DNA from: an uncultured virus (IMG/VR IMGVR_UViG_3300018421_000020)
Taxonomy: Duplodnaviria > Heunggongvirae > Uroviricota > Caudoviricetes
IMG/VR virus record: IMGVR_UViG_3300018421_000020
DNA length: 20,000 nt
Direction: 5' to 3' (one strand)
Shown here piece after piece: positions 8,901 through 17,900 of the stretch. Made by a program: the position numbers and the translations under genes. Each line of letters begins with the position of its first letter. The first letter of the stretch is position 1. A model generated the notes under the pieces. The model was given only the letters and a program-made list of their open reading frames with translations, searched no databases and had not been told where the DNA came from.

Positions 8901-11900
8901 ACACCCCAGGAGATACCCTTCTTAGCTTCAGACTCGGCAAAGGTGCTGCTAGAGGTGAGTCCATCACCAACAACAACGTTACCAGAGATAAACAGCGAAG
9001 GACCAACAGCACCAGTTACAGCGTCCCAAGTGAATTCTGCCTTATCGTTAGCACTCCAGGCAATGCTGTGACGGAACTTGTAATATTCACCTTGCTTAAC
9101 AAAACAAGACCAAGTGTACTCTTGGAAGGAATTGGAGTCGCCCTCGTCAAAGGTATTATTGGTATCATCAAAGGTGATAGTGCTATCATCAAAGGTGTCA
9201 TAGGAAGGAAGCGTGTAAGTTCTTTCCACAACTTTGAAAGAAGTATTGTTACCAGGAATATACTTGTCTGCGGTCAGAGTACCATCAGGACCCGTAGTCG
9301 CATCGGCAGTAATAGTACCACCAGTGATAGTCCATCCACCAGCACCGAACTGCTCCCTTTCGGGAGATGGGAAGATATTAACATTGGCAAGTTCTCCTGT
9401 TACTGGAGAAGGCAGCAAACGCAGACTGTCAATAGCAGCAACGTTGCTAAATCCATTCAGGCGAACAGGTCCCTGAACAGCAGTTGCAGTTGCAGAGATG
9501 AAGCGATGGGTGTATGCACCACCAGTAATAACGGCATTAGCAGAAGCACTTACAAAAGTATGTGCAGTCGCATTATCATATCCACCAACATTCACTGTAA
9601 TGGTGCCATCTTGATGCTGCAAAGCATTAGTGAGAGCATAAACAAATTGGTGAGTAGAAGTATCGGTAGAAGTGCCAACGTTAATTTCAAACTGATCGCC
9701 ATTGACATTGCTAACAGTCAACCATTGCTGACTTGCAGGATCGGAAGGTCTGGGGTATGCATGTTCGGTTTCATTATTATCCAAACTACAAGTGAATACC
9801 AGACTCTCATCCAGAAGACGAATCTTATCACCAGAACCGAACGGGTGACCGATAACAGTCAACACCGATATTCCAGTGGTGGGATCATAAGTGGCGTTCT
9901 CAACATCGTAATTGGTATAACCAACTTCGGTAACAATAATATTAGTTCCAGCGAAAGGATCGCTTCCAGGACGAGGATAGGTGTGCTGTGTTGCGTTGCT
10001 ATCCTGAGCGCAAGTGAAGGTGAACGAGTTATCGGCAAGTTGAATACCAGTTCCCTCAGTGATGTCGTGGGCACCAATTGTAATTACAAATTCACCAGTA
10101 GTTCCATCGTAAGTTGCATTTGTAGGAGTGTAGTAGACAAAGGGAGATGCACCAACGTTAACAGTAATAGTATCGGTAGTGGCCGAAGTGATCGCAAGAT
10201 CTTGTCTATATGCAGGGTCGTGGGGACGAGGATGGGTCAGGTAAGTGTTGTAATTATCCGAAGAACAGGTGAATGTGAACGAATTATCGGAGAGTCTAAT
10301 AGTATCACTACCAGGAGTCAGAGAATGATCTTTGATCGTGATAACAAAATCGCCAGTTGCAGGATCGTAAGTTGCATTTTCAACTTGATATGGAGCAGAA
10401 ACTATATCAGGAGTAGTGATGCTATCATACAGAGCGTCAGCAATTACTTGATCCAGGAAGTAATCCTTCTGGAATTCAACAAACTCCCAATTGATGCCAA
10501 CAGGATCAACGTCATCAGAAGTAATTAGATTTCGGTTTTCAATAGGATCTGCTTCAAGAACAGTTGCATCATCAACAATACCCGAGGTGTGAACAGGAGG
10601 TTCGCTACCTGCCTTGTAGACAATAGTTCCACCTGGACCAGGCAGTGCGGGACCCAGGGCACTTTCGGCAACATAAACATTGCCATTATATTGAATATAT
10701 GCACCAAGTTCATAGTTAGTACCCGAACTCCAAGTTAGAGCAGGATCCTTCCACACATCACCCCAGTCACCGATTACGATTTGCTTCAGTTCAGAATCCA
10801 GATATTCTCTACCAAATCTGATTTGCTGATCGGCAGAACGAGCCTGAATACCACCAGGAGCAAGAGTCTCAATAAGAGTCTCAATGAGAGTATCAATTGC
10901 TTCTCTTACATTGACACAATCCCTAGTGCCATAATTGCCAACATCACCATCATCTCCACTATCAGTGATAGTGTCATCAGTATATGCATTTCTCAGGGTA
11001 AATCTTGGAACGTAGTATTCGGGACCATTCTGGCCATCTCCAAGATTTTGAAGTAGGTTGTTGATCGCCTTCTTAGCGAGGAATCCAACGTTCTTAATTG
11101 CCTCTACAGTAGGAGCAATTTGATCCTCAACAAATTTAACTTGATTGGCTGGGCTGAGATACAATTTGGCAGCTTCAACAGTGCTGTAGTTGCCACCAAC
11201 CAGAAGGTCTGAGATAAGAGACTTGATAATTTCAGTCATGTCTCTGACACACTTTGCCTTACCATCAATATCACCACCAACATAGTTGAAGGTCTTGATT
11301 GTAATACCACCAGCATTCACATAACTAAACTCTTCCTGCATCAAACCAACTGCTTCTTCAGCAATATAGTCCTTGTTAAAGATGAGCAAGTTTCCAGCAT
11401 CACGGAATCTATCTCCAGTAGGAGCAAGACTCTCATTGATAAGATCAACCAAGCTGTCAATAGCATCTTTGACATTCTGACATCCACCAGGATCATTGGT
11501 GATACCTGCAGGAGGAATTACAACACGATCCGAATATTGAGTGACCAGAGTACCATCAATTGCTGCTTTTGCATAGTATGCAAGGCGTTCATGTGCATAG
11601 AGAGACTGCAGAAGTTGTAAGCGGATGTGCTGAATTTCACCGTCAGGACCGATGTAGAACTTAAATCCAGTAACAACGTTACCAGTTCCACCATGCTCAA
11701 TGTCGGAGGCAATGGTATCAAGGATCAAAGTCAAGTCAGTCTTACAACGCAAGGTGCCAAGAGTAGAAGCGCCGCCAGCGTTTCTAGGCATATCCTGGTT
11801 GAGGAAAGGATAGAGAGCGAGCATGTCGCCTGCTGCTTCATCAACAATAATACCAGCGTTAGCACGGATCAGAGTTGCAGCATCTTTGAATCTATTTTGA

Positions 11901-14900
11901 GTGTCTGGCCAAATTTGAGTGGCAACAAACAGGTCATCATCAGGGAATTCTTCATCACAAGTAAACTCACTGACGAGAACCGAGTCAACAACACCAGCGC
12001 CATACAAAGAGGATGGAGCGGTTCTGGTTACAGTACCGAGGTGGTCAACGGGAGTTGGGAGATTTGCCTGTTCAATAGTATCCGAAATGATGTCGGCATA
12101 AGTGGTGATGGCGCTTGCAACGTCAACACAGTAAGGAGTTCCTGCAGGGTCGCGAGTAATAGTTTCATCTACAACTTGGGTAAATCCATGAGGACCAGTA
12201 ATATTGATCAGGTTACCGCGCATAACCTCAATGGCGAAGTCGCGTACCTTATCAATTGCCCAGACGGTCTCTGCTTCCTCACCAATCAGGTGATTGATAG
12301 TAACGTTGTTTACATCGCTACGATCAACATAATATGCTGCAGTATCCCAGGAAGAACTGTTGCCAGTATTTCTAAGGTCTTTGGCGATGGCATCAATCCA
12401 GTAACCAGCATCTCTAAGACACTTGGCATAACCAGGACTTACTCTTTCTACTGCAGAAACAGAACTAGAATAAGTAACGGTATTGGCACCACTAGGATCT
12501 TGAATTGTATCGGTTACAATCTTAACCAAAGCGGTGATTCTGTTCACTGCATCGGTATAACCACCAAACAAGAATGGAACATCTACCGTGCTAACTTGAG
12601 TCAAACCATGAGTACCGCTAACGGTTACCGTAGTATTGTTAATTACATCTTGAGTAATATCTCTCGCTTCATTTAGAGCAGCAACGGTAGCATTGGTCAA
12701 AGTGCCAATCCCAAAGAGTTCTGCAACATCCCAGACCTTGCTATTTTCGCCAAACTTAAGGTTGTATCCAACGTTACGGATAACATTCTTAATCTCAGCA
12801 ACAGAAGCTTGAGGATCACCTGCTCTTTCCTGTGCTTCCTCAGCAATGAAATCAAGATTATCAATGATTGCATCATAGAAATTGCCACCATAAGTGATTG
12901 CAATGTTTTCATCACCGAGAGGAATATGCAGATAAGGATACTGACGATCCATTTGATAGACTGCTTCGTTCGCAATCAAAGAGCGGTTGGTCAGAATTTC
13001 ATTAGAAGCATCGTAGAATCTAAATCCAATTTCACCGTTAATGAACTCGTCACCCTCATTCCAAGTAGGTACACCAGACCAATCTTGGAAGTCAGTAGAA
13101 AGGTTCTCTCCATCAAAGTGGAGAAGTAATAGTGTTTCTGCATCACCTTGGAACATACCAGTTGCAGGAGTGTATGCTGCAGTGTAACGCTCATCACTGG
13201 AGATACGAACTTCGTCCATATAACCAGTGAAGGCATTGCTATTCTGCCAGTCAGCACCAATCTTAATGGGTTTGGTGACGTGCGTTTGAGAATCACTTGC
13301 GGAACCAACTTGAGCACCATCAATAAAGAGTCTGACAGTGTTGTTGTTTCTAGTTACTGCAATGCTAGTCCAGGTATCCTGAGCAACGACTGTTGCACCA
13401 GAATTGGCAAGATCGGATCCATTAACGTTGTATCGCAGTTGACCATTCTCAAGATAGACTCGGATTGCAACTTCAGTTGCTGCTTCGCGGAAGTCAAACA
13501 GGGTAGCAGTACCAGTCAAAGATGCAGAGTTAGCATAGATCCACGATTCAATTGCAAAATTGTTAGATCCAAATGCAAACTCAGCATTGCTAGGAATGGT
13601 TACATATGCAGTTCCATTCAAATAGAGAGATGCGTTACCAAACTTTTTCTGCAGAGTGGATGCGATAGCACCATTTCCAGCGACAGGGACATGAAGATCA
13701 GTAGCACGACGAGCAACCTTACCCAGATACAGATAACCACGAGCGTAGTTAGTACCGATGACTTGAGCAGTAGCATTTTCAGTACGAATAATGTCTCCAG
13801 ACAGAATCAAACCATCAGCAGCAATTGCAGGGTTTTCGTAAGCGAGTTTATAAACTCTTACAGTTTCTCCATCAGTAAGATCGCCAACCAAAGAGGAGTA
13901 GTTGATAATATTGTTTCTAATTTGCTCATCAACTTCAAGAGCACCACTTGCGCTGTCGTACTCAAGAATAAGGTTGGTAACCTGTTCCGAATTGGGGAAC
14001 CTGCCACTAAATTCAATAGTAGTGTCGTTGAGATCACCAACTTGCAGTTGAGTTTGTGAAATGTTGTCAAGAACAACGTTCTGGAAGTCAATACTGGTGA
14101 TTCTGTTGAATACCAGACCAAAGAACGAAGAACCTTCGGAGATGATAACTTGGTTATTCGCCTGGTTGGTAACAGGATCTCTATAGGACTGAATACCAGT
14201 AACAGTAGCAACGATTCCACTTTGTTGACCGATAATGATGTCCCCAATAACAATATCAAAGAGACCAGGAGTAGATTGATAAGTACCAGCAGTTTTACTG
14301 AGAACCAGAGTGTTTCCAACTTCAATCTCAGTGCCGTAGAGAACGCTATTGGTTTGGTGACCAACAGCAGTAGTTCCATCAGCAGCACGCTGAACTGTCA
14401 AAGTATTGCCACTAATATCAGTGACAACCATTCTTTCAGAATCAACCTGATAAGTCTTATTCAGTTCAACGTCAGCAACATTATCAACGTCAAATGCACC
14501 TTGAGTTGCACTCATGCCACCAGGAATGTTGGCAATAGGTTGACCATTGTTACCTTCCAAGTTTACCTGCTCAACAGTTGCCTGATCTCCTCTAAGGTTT
14601 TGAATGTCTTCCTTGAAGTTGAACAGATTTTGTCTGTTAACATCGGTGATGCTATCAAGAGTCGCTTGGAAACCAGTTGCACTACTAAAGATTGTCTCAG
14701 TAAGTTGGAATGCATCAGTATTATTGTCGTAGTAGAAGTCAATGGTTGTTGTTCCTACAGCAACAACAGTAGCGTTGACATCGGAAACAATACCTCTAAT
14801 TCTACCGCCAATCAGAGGGAAGATACCCGAGATATTGCTAAGTTGCATTCTCTTGATATCTCTGAACTGAAGAGTTACCGTTGCATACTGAACATTTGCA

Positions 14901-17900
14901 GGTGGTTGCGGGGGATCACTAAAGACGATATCGGATCCTTGAACCTCAAATGCTTCTCCAGGAGACTGAACGATACCATTGAGAGTGATAATCAACTGGT
15001 TAGCGTTAGCGATAACGGGTTCAGTAACAGTGTTACCTTCATCATCCAAGTTCTGTACAGTCAGAGGGAATGAAATTCTTTCACCGTCAAACAGTTGAGA
15101 GATGTCATTGATCTTCTGAACAGTAGAAGTCAAAATCTGCTCGGAGGAAGTCAGATCCTTTTGACGGAAACGAACCTCAGTGTTATCAAAATCAGTGTAG
15201 ACGGGTTCAACCAGGGTATAGTTTTGCAGATTCGGAACAATTGCAGATTCTGCCAGGTTAACCGACTTGGTAAGTTCAAATGCAGTGGTTTTATTTTCAA
15301 TCGTACCAGATTCAATCAATCCAAGTTCTCCAAATACCTTGAATCCAGCGGGGTGGACGTTAGTAGTAAGGATGTCTCTCCAATCAGAGATAGCAACAGG
15401 GGTTCTAACACTGTAGGAGAAGTCTTGATAGAAGTAGGAGTCTTGGATTCTTTGGATAATTTCGGATGGTTTGCCAACGTCATCAATGAATCTACCAGGA
15501 GTAGTGGTAATAGCACCAACTTCCAGAACACCTTTAGCGATGCTCAGGTTGTCAATAGTACCAGACGCTTTAGAAATAGTACCAGTGATTTGCTGACCAG
15601 CAGAAAAATCTCCAGTATAATCAACGATCTTCAGAATTCTGGGACCTTCCTGCCAACCATCGTTTTCGGAGACATAACCAGAAGCGGTTGCCTGATCCAG
15701 AGTATCACCTTGATAGATGTATTCACCTGCAAGGAAACGACCAGTGATGACATTTGCCTCGGCAGCACCACCGAACGAATCAGTAAGCAGAACTTGACGA
15801 CCTTGACCATCATTAGTGTATGACAGGAAGTCACCAATAGCAGCGTTATCGGGAGTCAGTGCCAACTTCAACTGATCATCTTCCAAAGAGTTTGCTGCAC
15901 CAGCAATAGCATAATAAGTGGTGGCAGCAGACAGTCTGCCGAAGGAGGAGATGGGCAGTGCGGGTTCTTCACCATCACCAGCATCAACGGCTTGCAGAGT
16001 AACCGCAGAACCATTAACAATACCGTGAGGGAAGGAGAATTGCAGAAGATTCAAGTCAAGGTTGACAACGTAGTTGAACGAAGACTTGAGACTGACACTG
16101 GGTTGAGAAGAATATCCCGATCCAGGATCTTTAACTTCAATCTGATCAATACGACCGTTTCTAATAGTTGCTTCAGCAATAGCACCAGATCCGCCACCAC
16201 CTTCAATGATAACTGCAGGAGGAGTAGCATAACCAGAACCAGGATCAGTAACAGTAATGCTGTCCAAGATGCTCGTGCTAGTCAGCTGAACATTAACAGG
16301 GAACGTAATTTCAGGACGCAGGGTATAGTCGTGAGTATAGTCAAAACCGAAGTTATTATTCTTCAGTTTCTTAATCTTACCAATCTGATTTGCCTTAACA
16401 AAGATAGAAGCACCAGATCCATTCGGAGGAATAACAACTTCCAATTCTGCACCAGAACCAGCAAGGCTGGGTCCAAGAATACCAGGGATGGATTCAATAT
16501 CAATCGTTGCAGTAGTGTAGTTCTTACCAGGATCAGTTACGATCACCTCGGTGATCTGACCAGGAATGGTGTTACCATCTTCATCCGTTCCATCTTGTAC
16601 GGTAATATTGACTTTACCACCTTCACCATCACCACTAATTGACACACCCGTGTATTCACCTACGGCATATTCAGTTCCAGGTTCATTGATAGCAACTCTT
16701 TCAATTCTACGATTGGAAACAATATTAGATACGATTGGAAGCTTCTTATAGAATCCACCACCATTGATGAGACGAATCGCACCAATAGGTCCAACTGCAG
16801 ACACAGAAGAAGTTGTGTATCCTACTCTAGATGCAGTTGCAACACTTTCTGGTTCATTGAGCAAGGGGAACTTGAAGATATTTGCACCCGAAGTAATTGT
16901 CGCACCAGCAAGGAATTTGACTTCAAACTCACCAGTGTAGGGAGTGGGAATAACATCAAGATAAGTTCCAGGATTTACAGGTGAGTCATCACCCGTTCTA
17001 GATGGGTCAAAATAGTAAGAGATATTTGTAACTTCAGAGTTCACCGACAACTGAACATACGGTTCAGGATCTCCACCTTGCTGAACACCAGGGGTGCCAA
17101 CTCTCTGAATTGAGTTAAACGAATACTCCAGTTTGAAGAGGTTATCCTTAGAGAAGGACATGAAGTATCCTTGAAGAGAAGGATCCCCAAGCATAAACTG
17201 ATACTTATGGTTGTAGAACATCTGAATGACAGGATGTTTTACAAAGATATCAATACTAGATGCAGCATCGGGGTCGCCCACTGCAGTTGCTCTAAGACGA
17301 GTAGTAAACTCTCTAGTGCTAATTACTTCATCAACTGCAAACGATCCATTAAATTCGTCAGCACTGTTGCCAGAGATGAAGAGATTGTCGCCAGACTGCA
17401 ATTTATGTGCTCTTGCAGTCTTATAGAAAATTCTATCAGTTGCATTAACAGCAGTTAGTTGGAGAATCTTATCAAGATTAGTGATAAGAGTAATTTCGGT
17501 GACAGCAGTAAGACCACTGATGGTCAATTGGGACCTATCGGCATTATAGGTGACTTGATCCTCATCGGGAGTGATTACACTACCAATGATATAAGGAGAT
17601 CCTGCAGGAGCAGTGTCATCAATTCTTACGGTAAAGTCTTCCTGACCATATACTTTGAATCGTGCATCCAAACCAGAAGGGATATCAAAGATGAATGTGC
17701 CCTGAGTAGTAGTGAATGGTTCGTTAGCAAAGATATAAGACCCGATGCTATTATTTTCACCACCAGTGGTCTTGATTTCGCCTGTGCCAACATAACCTTC
17801 CCAGGCACTCTTAGTTCCCGTATACTGAGCAATATACAGACTATTTGCATCAACATCAATAACTTCGGCATTAGCAACTAGCTGACCAGCGTTATTGTAT

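Noticed and set aside
9068..10528. 486-aa plus-strand ORF, and similar ones at 11627-12676, 13148-14059, 14150-15073, 15095-15823, 6902-7606 and 15992-16642
   Set aside because: All lie entirely antisense to the giant gene, are Ser/Ile/Arg-rich with no recognisable motifs, and are expected shadow ORFs arising from the codon bias of the real strand.
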